Below are positions 18,889 through 27,343 of a stretch of 46,610 nt of DNA, piece after piece. The DNA is taken from contig CAYIAA010000005.1 in the NCBI GenBank assembly GCA_964361405.1, positions 1 to 46,610 of the forward strand, given 5' to 3'. The position numbers and the translations under genes were made by a program. Positions within the stretch are counted from its first letter, which is position 1. The number at the start of each line of letters is the position of its first letter. The stretch is from an uncultured Candidatus Saccharibacteria bacterium. GTDB taxonomy: Bacteria; Patescibacteriota; Minisyncoccia; Phycocordibacterales; UBA3531. The notes under the pieces were generated by a model that did not search any database, was not told the origin of the DNA, and saw only the letters and a program-made list of their open reading frames with translations.

Positions 18889-19466
18889 TGGCATACAGAT
18901 ACGGAAATATGGAAACTTTCAAAGAAAAAATTAAAACATCAAAAGCTTTGATTCGAAGTGAACTCGGCATTTCGAACGATTTTGCCGTGCCGCGACTTCT
19001 GAAGGTTGTGGTGAGCTCCGGTACTGGATCAATCAAAGACGACCGCAAACGTACCCTTGTTTTCGATCGAATTTCCCGGATTACCGGGCAGCATGCGGCA
19101 GTGCGTGGAGCGAAGAAATCCATCGCGAGTTTCAAAGTGCGGGAAGGGGATCCAGTGGGGGTCATTGTCACTCTGCGCGGAGCGAAGATGTATGCATTTC
19201 TCGACAAGCTGATTACGATTGCACTCCCTCGCATGCGCGATTTCAGAGGGCTTGACCCCAAGTGCGTGAACACCTCGGGGGATATGACGATTGGGGTGAA
19301 AGAACATACTATTTTCCCGGAAACGGCAGACGAGGACCTTCGGGACGTTTTTGGACTCGCGATTACCGTAGTATCGACCGCGAAGACGAAGTTTGGGGCA
19401 CTTGCACTCTATCGTTCCCTCGGATTCCCGTTTCGCAGGGAAGAGTCCAAAAAGAGGCCCCATTGA
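18888..19466 (+). CDS. rplE: 50S ribosomal protein L5
   Basis: A TAATG overlap with rplX. Sequence features: PRLLKVVVSSGTG...FDRISRITGQ...RGAKMYAFLDKLI...LPRMRDFRG. Confidence 0.94.
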   Translation: MAYRYGNMETFKEKIKTSKALIRSELGISNDFAVPRLLKVVVSSGTGSIKDDRKRTLVFDRISRITGQHAAVRGAKKSIASFKVREGDPVGVIVTLRGAKMYAFLDKLITIALPRMRDFRGLDPKCVNTSGDMTIGVKEHTIFPETADEDLRDVFGLAITVVSTAKTKFGALALYRSLGFPFRREESKKRPH

Positions 19467-19527
19467 CAGCTTAATTCGGTGTGCTAGTATTTCCGAGCCG
19501 AGGAGGCAATATAAGTCTATATTCTAA

Positions 19528-19713
19528 ATGGCTAAAACGTCAGTAAAGGCGAGGGCGCGACGGACGCCGAAATTCTCCACACGCATTGTACGCAGGTGCT
19601 TTCGGTGTGGACGGAAACGCGGATTTATGCGCGATTTCGGCCTCTGCCGTATTTGTTTCCGTGAACTTGCGAACGAGGGGAAGGTCCCCGGTATTAAAAA
19701 ATCATCATGGTAG
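19528..19713 (+). CDS. rpsN: 30S ribosomal protein S14, zinc-binding type Z
   Basis: 61 aa with [23 protein letters not shown] (CxxC...CxxC). Confidence 0.93.
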   Translation: MAKTSVKARARRTPKFSTRIVRRCFRCGRKRGFMRDFGLCRICFRELANEGKVPGIKKSSW

Positions 19714-20102
19714 GAGATCCTGTTTCCGACACGATTACGAGGTTACGGAACGCCACTCGGGCGGGGCGTTCAAGCACTCTTGTTCCGTACTCAAAACTTC
19801 GAGCCGAGATTCTCGCGGCACTTTTGCGCGAAGGGATTATTCTTTCATATGAATCCCGCGGAAAGAAGGTGAAGCGGCATCTTGTCGTAGAGCTCGATAT
19901 GAGAGCTCCACGACGGAGCGTTCTCGGCAGTATCTCATCTGTCTCGAAACCCTCGAGGCGAGTGTATCGGAGTGCGAAAGACCTCGGCACTCTCGCGCGG
20001 AGGCATTCTCTCACTCTTATCTCAACGACGAAAGGGCTTTTGAGTGCGCGTGATGCGGTGAAGGAAAATGTCGGTGGTGAGGTTTTGTGTATGATCCGTT
20101 AA
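19707..20102 (+). CDS. rpsH: 30S ribosomal protein S8
   Basis: [16 protein letters not shown], positioned after S14. Confidence 0.95.
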   Translation: MVGDPVSDTITRLRNATRAGRSSTLVPYSKLRAEILAALLREGIILSYESRGKKVKRHLVVELDMRAPRRSVLGSISSVSKPSRRVYRSAKDLGTLARRHSLTLISTTKGLLSARDAVKENVGGEVLCMIR

Positions 20103-20115
20103 TTTTTTGATTACC

Positions 20116-20652
20116 ATGTCACGACTTGCTCGACAACCAATTACCCTTCCTCTCGGCACAAAAGCTACCTTTGCCGAAGGCACCCTTTCGATTGTAGGCC
20201 CGCGAGGAGCAGTCGCGAGAAAAATTTCTGATCTCGTGGAACTTGCGATAGAGGATTCTTTGATCAAAGTGCTGCCACGCGAAGGAGTTGGGGAGACACA
20301 CGTTTATACCGGAACATTCGCGTCGCACATCCGGAACATGATTAAGGGCGTGACCGACGGCTTTTCAAAAAAACTTCTGATTGAAGGTATTGGATACCGC
20401 GCAACCTTGAGTGGGGAGAACCTTGAACTTTCTGTTGGGCTCTCGCACCCGGTCCGACTTCTTGTCCCTGAAGGTGTTATGGTAACGGTTGAGAAGAATG
20501 TGGTGACGGTTTCAGGGAACGACAAAGAGCGCGTCGGCAAATTTACCGCTCTCATCCGCGAAGTAAAACCACCGGAACCCTATAAAGGGAAAGGGATTCG
20601 CTATGAAGGTGAGGTCGTACGACGGAAGCAAGGTAAAAAATCTGTTACCTAG
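20116..20652 (+). CDS. rplF: 50S ribosomal protein L6
   Basis: MSRLARQPITLP...GYRA...PEPYKGKGIRY. Confidence 0.95.
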   Translation: MSRLARQPITLPLGTKATFAEGTLSIVGPRGAVARKISDLVELAIEDSLIKVLPREGVGETHVYTGTFASHIRNMIKGVTDGFSKKLLIEGIGYRATLSGENLELSVGLSHPVRLLVPEGVMVTVEKNVVTVSGNDKERVGKFTALIREVKPPEPYKGKGIRYEGEVVRRKQGKKSVT

Positions 20653-20662
20653 ACTAAAGCAT

Positions 20663-21070
20663 ATGAGTACGACACGCGACAAAAGAGACCGCCGACATCG
20701 GAAAATCAGGTACCGAATCAACGGTACCAAAGATATCCCTCGTCTTGCTGTTTTTCGTTCGAATCGATATATCTATGCCCAGCTTGTCGATGATGTGAGC
20801 GGTAAAACACTTGCTTCAGCTGATTCACGCGCCCTGCCTGCCGGCAGGCAGGAAAAAAAGTTAGGACGAGGAGAGAAAGGAAGCGAGGAAAAAGAAAAAA
20901 GTAACGTGCGGAAGAAAGAACGTGAGGCGCATAGAGTTGGTACAGCGCTTGCCGAGCGCGCTCGGGAGAAGGGCATTACGAAAGCTCGTTTTGACCGCGC
21001 GGGATTCCGCTATGCGGGTCGGGTTCGGGCACTTGCTGAAGGGGGTCGGGAAGGAGGATTAGAGTTTTAA
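20663..21070 (+). CDS. rplR: 50S ribosomal protein L18 with an internal ~20-aa Lys/Glu-rich insertion
   Basis: The ATG at 20663 gives RLAVFRSNRYIYAQLVDD...FDRAGFRYAGRVRALAEGGREGGLEF. The insertion is ALPAGRQEKKLGRGEKGSEEKEKSNVRKKERE. Confidence 0.92.
   Translation: MSTTRDKRDRRHRKIRYRINGTKDIPRLAVFRSNRYIYAQLVDDVSGKTLASADSRALPAGRQEKKLGRGEKGSEEKEKSNVRKKEREAHRVGTALAERAREKGITKARFDRAGFRYAGRVRALAEGGREGGLEF
20833..20852. repeat. Perfect 20-nt palindrome CCTGCCTGCCGGCAGGCAGG inside rplR
   Basis: Read directly. It is a member of the GGCAGGCAGG hairpin family also seen at 11619-11636, 27092-27114 and 38335-38354. Confidence 0.9.
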
Positions 21071-21072
21071 TT

Positions 21073-21624
21073 ATGGAAATTACTACACCAGTTGAAAATG
21101 GAGCAGTTCTCGCTCCCGAAGAAGCATCGAAAAAACGAAAGCCTTTTTCTCGTGGCGCGCGTGTGCCGAGGCGTGATGAGTTTGAGCAGGTAGTTCTTAA
21201 TATTCGCCGAGTGACGCGTGTTGTGGCGGGAGGAAGACGTTTCAGTTTCTCTGCCGCAGTTGTGGTTGGCGACAGGAAAGGTCGCGTTGGTATCGGTGTC
21301 GGAAAAGGAGTAGATACAGCTCTTGCCATTCAAAAGGCGGTGCGTCTTGCAAAGCGTAACCTGATAACAATTCCGCTCACAAAATCCCACTCGATTAAGC
21401 GCGCAGAGGAAGCAAAATATTGCGCTTCACGAGTCATTGTGCGTCCGGTCCCCGGCCGAGGACTCGTCGCCGGGTCCGTGGTACGGAGCGTGCTCGACGT
21501 TGCGGGAGTACGGGATGTTAGTGCGAAAATTGTTTCAAGAAGTAAGAATAAAATAAATAATGCCCGTGCTGTCTACGAAGCACTCCGTATGCTTGGGGAA
21601 CACGAAGCTCTTGTCAGAGAGTAA
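21073..21624 (+). CDS. rpsE: 30S ribosomal protein S5
   Basis: RRVTRVVAGGRRFSFSAAVVVGDRKGRVGIGVGKG. Confidence 0.95.
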   Translation: MEITTPVENGAVLAPEEASKKRKPFSRGARVPRRDEFEQVVLNIRRVTRVVAGGRRFSFSAAVVVGDRKGRVGIGVGKGVDTALAIQKAVRLAKRNLITIPLTKSHSIKRAEEAKYCASRVIVRPVPGRGLVAGSVVRSVLDVAGVRDVSAKIVSRSKNKINNARAVYEALRMLGEHEALVRE

Positions 21625-21627
21625 TAT

Positions 21628-22092
21628 ATGCAGTTACATACTTTATCGAGAACAACCGAGCGGAGAAAAGGGAAACGCCTTGGCCGTGGGGGGAAGCGTG
21701 GAACGACTTCTGGTCGCGGCACAAAAGGGCAGAGGGCTCGTGCGGGCCACCGCATTAGACCGGCCCTCCGCGACATTATGAAACGGCTTCCGAAACAACG
21801 CGGGCGCTTTCAGGGTATTTCTGAAAAATCACATGTGGTGATGCTCTCGGACCTCGAAGAGCACTTCGAGTCGGGGGCAAAAATTACCCTACGAGCACTA
21901 CTCTCACGGAGACTTATCAAGGATTCTCGCGCTGGCGCGGAGATAAAAATTTTGGGCACTGGGAAGTTAACCAAAGCGTTCAACATTTTTGGTGTGAGTG
22001 CTTCCGTCGGTGCCTTGAAAAAAATCCACGATGCCGGAGGGAGTGTTCTCGGGAAGAAGGGTGCGAAAGAGAAATCAAAGAAAGCATCATAG
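21628..22092 (+). CDS. rplO: 50S ribosomal protein L15
   Basis: KRLGRGGKRGTTSGRGTKGQ. It starts 3 nt after the S5 stop, which leaves no room for an L30 gene. Confidence 0.93.
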   Translation: MQLHTLSRTTERRKGKRLGRGGKRGTTSGRGTKGQRARAGHRIRPALRDIMKRLPKQRGRFQGISEKSHVVMLSDLEEHFESGAKITLRALLSRRLIKDSRAGAEIKILGTGKLTKAFNIFGVSASVGALKKIHDAGGSVLGKKGAKEKSKKAS

Positions 22093-22131
22093 TTTCGTCG
22101 TTTAATTACCCGACCAAAGACATAAAGACAT

Positions 22132-23403
22132 ATGGAATCGTTCGGAAATAAAATTCGTCTCATCATAAGCGACTCGGATCTTCGAAAGAAGATTCTCTTT
22201 GTCGCTTTCGCGCTATTCGTGTTTCGGCTCGGCGCAAATATTCCGATTCCGGGAGTCAATCTCGAGCGTTTGGGGGATTTTTTTGAGGGAAGTCAGTTTT
22301 TGGGTCTTCTCAACATTTTTTCTGGCGGTGGGTTGGCAAATTTGTCCATTTTCATGTTGGGCGTTGCTCCGTATATCACCGCAACGATTATTTTACAGCT
22401 CCTCACTATGATTTTCCCTCGCTTGAAAGAGCTCTATCATGAAGAAGGTGAGGCAGGGAGAAGGAAGTTCGCCCAGTACTCAAGGCTTCTCGCGGTCCCG
22501 CTTGCAGTGATGCAAGGGTACGGTCTTTTGGCACTTCTCCGGAACTCCGGTGCGCTTCTTTCGTTTACTTTCTTTGATACCGTGGTCAATATCGTTGTCA
22601 TTGTCGCGGGGTCGGTTCTTCTCATGTGGCTCGGAGAGCTCATCTCGCGCTACGGCATCGGGAATGGTGTTTCCCTTATCATTTTTGCCGGTATCGTTGC
22701 CTCTCTCCCGACGGCACTCTCGCAAGTCTTTTTTACGTTCAGTCCCGCTCAAATCCCGACCTACCTTGCCTTCCTTGCGGCGGCGGCAGTGATTATCGCG
22801 GGCGTAGTTGTAATCAGTGAAGCTGAACGACCGATTCCGATTACCTATGCGAAGCGCGTCAGAGGGATGAAGCTCTACGGCGGGGTCTCGACCTACCTTC
22901 CACTCCGCGTGAACCAAGCAGGTGTGATCCCGATCATTTTCGCTCTTTCCATACTTCTCTTTCCCCAAATGATCGCGAATTTCCTCTCAACCTCCGAGAA
23001 TGCGGTTTTACTCGGTATTGCCAATGTACTTTCACAGGTGGTGAATAATATCTGGATTTACGGCTCCTTCTACTTTGTCTTGGTATTTCTCTTTACCTAC
23101 TTCTATACTGCGGTCACCTTCGACCCCGACGCGATTGCAACTAATCTCCAGAAAAGCGGTGCCTTTATCCCTGGCGTCCGCCCGGGGGTCCAGACTGCGG
23201 AGTATATCGGGAATATTCTCTATCGAATTACCCTTGTCGGAGCACTCTTTTTGGGCGGAATTGCGGTTATGCCGTTTTTGATGCAGGCTATTACAGAGAA
23301 CCCCGCTCTCGCTATCGGCGGCACAGGCCTCCTCATTGTGGTTTCCGTCGTCCTTGACCTCATCAAGAAAATTAATGCACAGCTTTCCATGCGGGAATAC
23401 TAA
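22132..23403 (+). CDS. secY: Preprotein translocase subunit SecY
   Basis: 423 aa and 10-TM like, with GIMPYI-type motif (GVAPYITATIILQLL) and LISRYGIGNGVSLIIF. Confidence 0.96.
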   Translation: MESFGNKIRLIISDSDLRKKILFVAFALFVFRLGANIPIPGVNLERLGDFFEGSQFLGLLNIFSGGGLANLSIFMLGVAPYITATIILQLLTMIFPRLKELYHEEGEAGRRKFAQYSRLLAVPLAVMQGYGLLALLRNSGALLSFTFFDTVVNIVVIVAGSVLLMWLGELISRYGIGNGVSLIIFAGIVASLPTALSQVFFTFSPAQIPTYLAFLAAAAVIIAGVVVISEAERPIPITYAKRVRGMKLYGGVSTYLPLRVNQAGVIPIIFALSILLFPQMIANFLSTSENAVLLGIANVLSQVVNNIWIYGSFYFVLVFLFTYFYTAVTFDPDAIATNLQKSGAFIPGVRPGVQTAEYIGNILYRITLVGALFLGGIAVMPFLMQAITENPALAIGGTGLLIVVSVVLDLIKKINAQLSMREY

Positions 23404-23446
23404 CCCCATGGTATGCTTCAACGTATAAAAGTAATGTAGCACCCCT

Positions 23447-23650
23447 ATGACAGACATAGAATTTACGAAGGAGCAAGATATTTCGACGGGTTCAACATAT
23501 CGAAGCGAAACGCAAAATCTTCCCCCTATCACCCGCGCGGTAATGAAAGTTTCGTTCGGACTTGTGAAAACGAAAGAGCAAGCGGATGTGGTGATGATTG
23601 TCATTTCCCTCGCCTGCCTTGTTTTAGCCGCCTATGTCTGGTTCCGGTAG
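23447..23650 (+). CDS. Hypothetical small C-terminally anchored membrane protein
   Basis: 67-aa ORF with one hydrophobic segment ([19 protein letters not shown]). It overlaps the next gene's start by 17 nt. No SD and no recognisable family. Confidence 0.35.
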   Translation: MTDIEFTKEQDISTGSTYRSETQNLPPITRAVMKVSFGLVKTKEQADVVMIVISLACLVLAAYVWFR

Positions 23651-24221
23651 AAAAAACGGTTTTACCTTAGTCGAGCTCCTCGTCGTCATTGCCATTGTCG
23701 GTCTCTTATCGAGTATCGTGCTCTCATCGCTCAACCAAGCGCGCGCGAGAGCTCGGGATGCAAGGCGTATTCAAGAGCTCGCACAGATTCATAATGCTCT
23801 CGCTCTTTATGCCGATGATAATGATGGACTCTACCCGGACCCAAATCCAACCAATGCCGCCAATACCCTCCAAATCACTGACAATGCTTCTAGTCTGAAT
23901 TTCGGCGGTAGCCTTTACGGTGCTTCTCGCTGGCCAGCGCTTACAAACTTGCTCGCTCCCTATATTAAGCTCCCCGTAGATCCGGTGAATAGCGGATCAT
24001 TTATTATATTCGGAACAGGGTATGGATACTACTATCATTACAATGCGGCAACTAACGCGTATGACCTTATTGCCGTTCTGGAAACTCCGTCGCATTCGCT
24101 GAGCTGCGGAGTGGTGCGCACCGCCGGACAACCCTACCTGAAGAAGGCCCGAGCGACCCCGGACAGTTCATGGTGCCCAACAGTTGGGGCCGCGGCGGAT
24201 AATATCTACGCGGTGAGATGA
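23634..24221 (+). CDS. Type IV pilin / pseudopilin-like protein (prepilin N-terminal motif)
   Basis: MSGSGRKNG|[21 protein letters not shown] is a class III signal with Glu at +5. The C-terminal Cys pair is [26 protein letters not shown]. Confidence 0.85.
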   Translation: MSGSGRKNGFTLVELLVVIAIVGLLSSIVLSSLNQARARARDARRIQELAQIHNALALYADDNDGLYPDPNPTNAANTLQITDNASSLNFGGSLYGASRWPALTNLLAPYIKLPVDPVNSGSFIIFGTGYGYYYHYNAATNAYDLIAVLETPSHSLSCGVVRTAGQPYLKKARATPDSSWCPTVGAAADNIYAVR

Positions 24222-24243
24222 TCTTGCCCGCATAACAACGAAA

Positions 24244-24885
24244 ATGTACGGCCGGCGTGACGGTTTTGCTCTCCTTGAAGTCCTCGTTGTCGTTTCTATA
24301 ATCGCGCTTCTTGCAAGTGTCACACTAGCAAACGTCAGCTCCGCGCGCGCCAGGGCGCGCGACACAGTGCGGATTTCAGATTTGAAGCTGATTGGGGGAG
24401 CGCTTGATCTCTATCGGCAAGAGCACGGCTCATATCCGGATCCGTATACATCCATATGGAATAGGCCAGGAGAATACAATGGCTTTACCGACAGCGCTTT
24501 CAGCCTCCCCGGTGGTTATGGTATTTTCGGCTCTGCTCGCTGGCCAGCCCCGGGAGTGATGCCAGCCGCCACAACACTCACTAGCTTACTTGCCCCCTAT
24601 ATTAAACTCCCCGTAGACCCCCTCAACAGGCCGACCACGGGGAACACAACTCCTCTGACGGGCGCGATGTATGGATACTACTATCATTACCACGCGGCAA
24701 ACGACGAGTATGACCTCACTGCCGCCCTGGAAACTCCGTCGCACCCGGCTAGCTGCGGAGTGATGCGCGCGGCCGGGAAGCCTTACCTGAAGAAGGCCAG
24801 ATTGGTAGTGGGAGAATCATGGTGCCCGGAAACCGGATACGGATCGAGTATTACAACGGACGATAACATTTACGCCCTGCAATAA
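24244..24885 (+). CDS. Type IV pilin / pseudopilin-like protein, paralog of the preceding gene
   Basis: MYGRRDG|FALLEVLVVVSIIALLASVTL. It shares [19 protein letters not shown] and LETPSH..SCGV.R.AG.PYLKKAR...SWCP with the upstream paralog. Confidence 0.85.
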   Translation: MYGRRDGFALLEVLVVVSIIALLASVTLANVSSARARARDTVRISDLKLIGGALDLYRQEHGSYPDPYTSIWNRPGEYNGFTDSAFSLPGGYGIFGSARWPAPGVMPAATTLTSLLAPYIKLPVDPLNRPTTGNTTPLTGAMYGYYYHYHAANDEYDLTAALETPSHPASCGVMRAAGKPYLKKARLVVGESWCPETGYGSSITTDDNIYALQ

Positions 24886-24922
24886 TGACGCGCCCGCGCG
24901 GATATTCTGTGGTAAACAAGCA

Positions 24923-25513
24923 ATGAAAAAGGAAGTTTTCATTTTTCTCGGTCGTTCCGGCTCCGGGAAGGGTACGCAGTCAAGGCTCCTTATCGAACAC
25001 CTTGCAAAAACGGATGAAAGAAAAGTGCTGTACACAGAAACCGGAGCGGGTTTTCGAGAGTTTATCAAAACTGATTCATACTCAAGTACGCTCGCGGGGA
25101 AAATCATGGCGACTGGAGGTCGCCAGCCAGATTTTCTTGCGGTGCATATCTGGTCCCACTCTCTCATTCGGGACTTAGGGGATGGCATAAACACCCTTAT
25201 TATCGATGGCACCCCTCGGTCGCTCGACGAGGCGCGTATTTTGGAGACAGTTTTTCCTTTTTATGGTTTCTCTCCATCTGTCGTATACCTCTCGCTCTCG
25301 CGTGAGGTTGCGATAGAGCGGTTACTTGAGCGTGCGCGGGAGGATGATAAGAGACAAGCGGTCATAGAAGAACGGATGAACTGGTTTGACCATGATGTTA
25401 TGCCTGTCGTTGGCTATTACAGCTCAAATCAAGCTGTGCGTTTTATTGAAGTTGAAGCCGGGCATGACGCCGAAACCCTACACCGCAAAATTCTTTCGCT
25501 CCTTTCGCTATGA
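24923..25513 (+). CDS. adk: Adenylate kinase (short LID type)
   Basis: P-loop GRSGSGKGTQ and IIDGTPRS, in the conserved position before map. Confidence 0.88.
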   Translation: MKKEVFIFLGRSGSGKGTQSRLLIEHLAKTDERKVLYTETGAGFREFIKTDSYSSTLAGKIMATGGRQPDFLAVHIWSHSLIRDLGDGINTLIIDGTPRSLDEARILETVFPFYGFSPSVVYLSLSREVAIERLLERAREDDKRQAVIEERMNWFDHDVMPVVGYYSSNQAVRFIEVEAGHDAETLHRKILSLLSL

Positions 25514-26274
25514 TCGCCGCGACTGAGAACGAAAAAAGAATCCTCGAAGAGGCGGGCTGGCGGCTTGCCTGCATTATGCGGGAGATTGAGCACGCGGTTC
25601 GCCCCGGCATCGCAACAGGCGATCTGGAAGCGCTCGCGCGGCGACTCATTAAAGAAAACGGAGACACCCCCTCATTCTTGGGATATCAACCCACATGGGC
25701 AGAGAGCCCGTATCCCACAGCGCTGTGTGTATCGGTGAATGATGAAGTGGTTCACGGTATTCCCGGCGAGCGCATTCTATTGGAGGGAGATATCGTCGGT
25801 CTTGATCTTGGCGTCAGGCACGACGGGTTATTTGTCGATATGGCGGTGACAGTACCGGTTGGGGAAATCTCCCTTGAGGACGCGGCGCTTATTGAAGATA
25901 CCCGCGAGTCGCTCGCATGGGGAATACAGGCGGCTCGGGAGGGAGCTACGGTTGGCGATATTGGGCACGCGATTGAGAGCTATCTGAAACCCAAGGGCTA
26001 CGGCATCATACGGGATTTGGGCGGGCATGGCGTCGGTCGCGCGGCCCACGAAGAGCCTTTTATCCCGAATTTTGGAATTCCCGGGGAAGGTGTGCGTCTC
26101 ACGTCGGGTACGGTGATAGCAATTGAACCGATGGTAAGCCGTGGTGGTGAAATGGTAGTGACGGCACCCGACGGTTACACAGTAAAGACAAAAGATGGCT
26201 CGAGGAGCGCTCACTTTGAACACACGATTATGATTTCTCGCGATATGCCGATTATTTTGACGTCTCTTCGGTAA
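25510..26274 (+). CDS. map: Methionine aminopeptidase type I
   Basis: VVHGIPG, DIVGLDLG, GHGVGRAAHE, IEPM and FEHTI metal-ligand motifs. Confidence 0.95.
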   Translation: MIAATENEKRILEEAGWRLACIMREIEHAVRPGIATGDLEALARRLIKENGDTPSFLGYQPTWAESPYPTALCVSVNDEVVHGIPGERILLEGDIVGLDLGVRHDGLFVDMAVTVPVGEISLEDAALIEDTRESLAWGIQAAREGATVGDIGHAIESYLKPKGYGIIRDLGGHGVGRAAHEEPFIPNFGIPGEGVRLTSGTVIAIEPMVSRGGEMVVTAPDGYTVKTKDGSRSAHFEHTIMISRDMPIILTSLR

Positions 26275-26292
26275 TCACTTAGACTAGGACCA

Positions 26293-26781
26293 ATGATAAA
26301 AGACACTGGAAAGGAAGAGACTACGCTCGTTATCATGAAACCAGACGCGGTTCAGCGCAATCTCTTAGGGGAAATCATTCACCGTTTTGAACGTAAGGGC
26401 CTCAAAATTATGGGTCTCAAAATGATGCGTTTGAGTAGTGTCCTCCTTGATGAGCACTATGCGCTTCACAAAGATAAACCATTCTTCGAATCGCTCAGGC
26501 GCTATATGCAGTCAGCTCCAGTTGTTGTACTTGCACTCTCCGGCATTAATGCAATCGGCGCGGTGCGGCTCATCGTTGGTAGGACGAGGGGATATGAGGC
26601 TCTGGCCGGGAGTATCAGAGGGGATTTTTCGGTGAGTGGACAGACAAATATCGTACATGCTTCCGATTCTAAGGAAACGGCTCAAGATGAAATTAAAAGA
26701 TTTTTTTCTGACGATGAACTTTTTGATTATCAGCGGGTTGACCACCCATTTCTCTACGGAGAAGATGAGTGGGGTTCCTAG
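26293..26781 (+). CDS. ndk: Nucleoside diphosphate kinase
   Basis: TLVIMKPDAVQRNLLGEIIHRFERKGLKI...NIVHASDS. Confidence 0.95.
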   Translation: MIKDTGKEETTLVIMKPDAVQRNLLGEIIHRFERKGLKIMGLKMMRLSSVLLDEHYALHKDKPFFESLRRYMQSAPVVVLALSGINAIGAVRLIVGRTRGYEALAGSIRGDFSVSGQTNIVHASDSKETAQDEIKRFFSDDELFDYQRVDHPFLYGEDEWGS

Positions 26782-26784
26782 AGA

Positions 26785-26812
26785 GTGGATTACCTGTGGA
26801 TGAGAGGTGGAT
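26785..26812 (+). promoter_or_regulatory. Three direct GTGGAT repeats at 11-bp phasing upstream of the RNA-A promoter (candidate regulator site)
   Basis: GTGGAT occurs at 26785, 26796 and 26807, with a fourth copy at 27134-27139 upstream of the RNA-B promoter. Confidence 0.35.
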
Positions 26813-26852
26813 GATTCACCCTTTACCAGTGTATTTTGTCGCCTTAATTCTC

Positions 26853-26881
26853 TTGTGGTGTCCGAGAGAGACTTTTATACT
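26853..26881 (+). promoter_or_regulatory. Promoter of structured RNA copy A (TTGTGG-N17-TATACT)
   Basis: TTGTGG at 26853-26858 and TATACT at 26876-26881. The closing helix of the RNA begins 8 nt downstream. Confidence 0.5.
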
Positions 26882-26888
26882 GAAAATA

Positions 26889-27087
26889 GGGTTACTTGAA
26901 GTATTGCTCAGACGCCGTGGCATTACCTAGCCCAGATCTTTTTTCTCAATACGGGAGTTTCTGCTACATGCGCCGCCGTGGCGGTGCAGTGCGAACACCC
27001 ACCTAGCCATGAGCTAGGGCTAGTAGTATGCCGCTTCAAGTGACCCGATAAAAACCCGCACGAGCTTCCGCTCGGCGGATTTTTGTG
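26889..27087 (+). ncRNA. Unassigned structured RNA, copy A (with its own terminator)
   Basis: A 13-bp closing helix pairs 26889-26901 with 27034-27046. There is a CGTG-loop hairpin at 26969-26988 and a second hairpin at 27002-27018. The terminator is at 27056-27078 plus ATTTTTGTG. The helices are supported by compensatory differences relative to copy B. Confidence 0.6.
27056..27087 (+). terminator. Intrinsic terminator of RNA copy A
   Basis: CCGC(A)CGAGC-TTCC-GCTCGGCGG followed by ATTTTTGTG. Confidence 0.65.
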
Positions 27088-27091
27088 TCAT

Positions 27092-27114
27092 ACCTGCCTA
27101 CCGGCCAGGCAGGT
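27092..27114. repeat. GGCAGG-family palindromic hairpin ACCTGCCT-ACCGGCC-AGGCAGGT
   Basis: Read directly; it lies between the two RNA copies. Confidence 0.8.
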
Positions 27115-27179
27115 GTCTGCCACAGCAAACGCTGTGGATTATTTATGTGAAAAAGAGCTCTAGAGGAAATGAGTGTGAG

Positions 27180-27209
27180 TTGTCGGATACAGTCGAGAAG
27201 AACTATACT
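27180..27209 (+). promoter_or_regulatory. Promoter of structured RNA copy B (TTGTCG-N18-TATACT)
   Basis: TTGTCG at 27180-27185 and TATACT at 27204-27209. The closing helix begins 7 nt downstream. Confidence 0.5.
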
Positions 27210-27215
27210 CTAGAT

Positions 27216-27343
27216 AAGGTTATTTGAAGTATTGTCTAGATCAAGTCGTATTTTTCGGGAACTTTGTTTATTGAGTCACCGTGGTGATTCAATGCGAGCA
27301 CCCACCTGGCGAAGAGCTAGGGCAATACAGCTCAAATAACCTT
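27216..27343 (+). ncRNA. Unassigned structured RNA, copy B
   Basis: A 12-bp closing helix pairs 27216-27227 with 27332-27343. There is a CGTG-loop hairpin at 27270-27293 (10 bp) and a second hairpin at 27305-27321. It shares the blocks GAAGTATTG and GCGAGCACCCA with copy A. The 3' end is uncertain: only a weak hairpin plus GTTTTGTTTTT at 27355-27385. Confidence 0.55.

Noticed and set aside
26857-26895. GGTGTCCGAGAG and TAGGGTT, reminiscent of guanidine-I (ykkC) riboswitch blocks.
   Set aside because: The blocks are in the wrong order, the first overlaps the predicted promoter spacer, and the remaining ykkC consensus (ACACGG...GGGA...GCCCGGGAGA) is absent.
26889-27343. Interpreting the two RNA copies as a tandem-aptamer riboswitch for the downstream membrane protein.
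   Set aside because: Copy A has its own promoter and a strong terminator, and copy B has its own promoter. This does not exclude copy B acting as a leader, but a glycine-type tandem arrangement is not supported.
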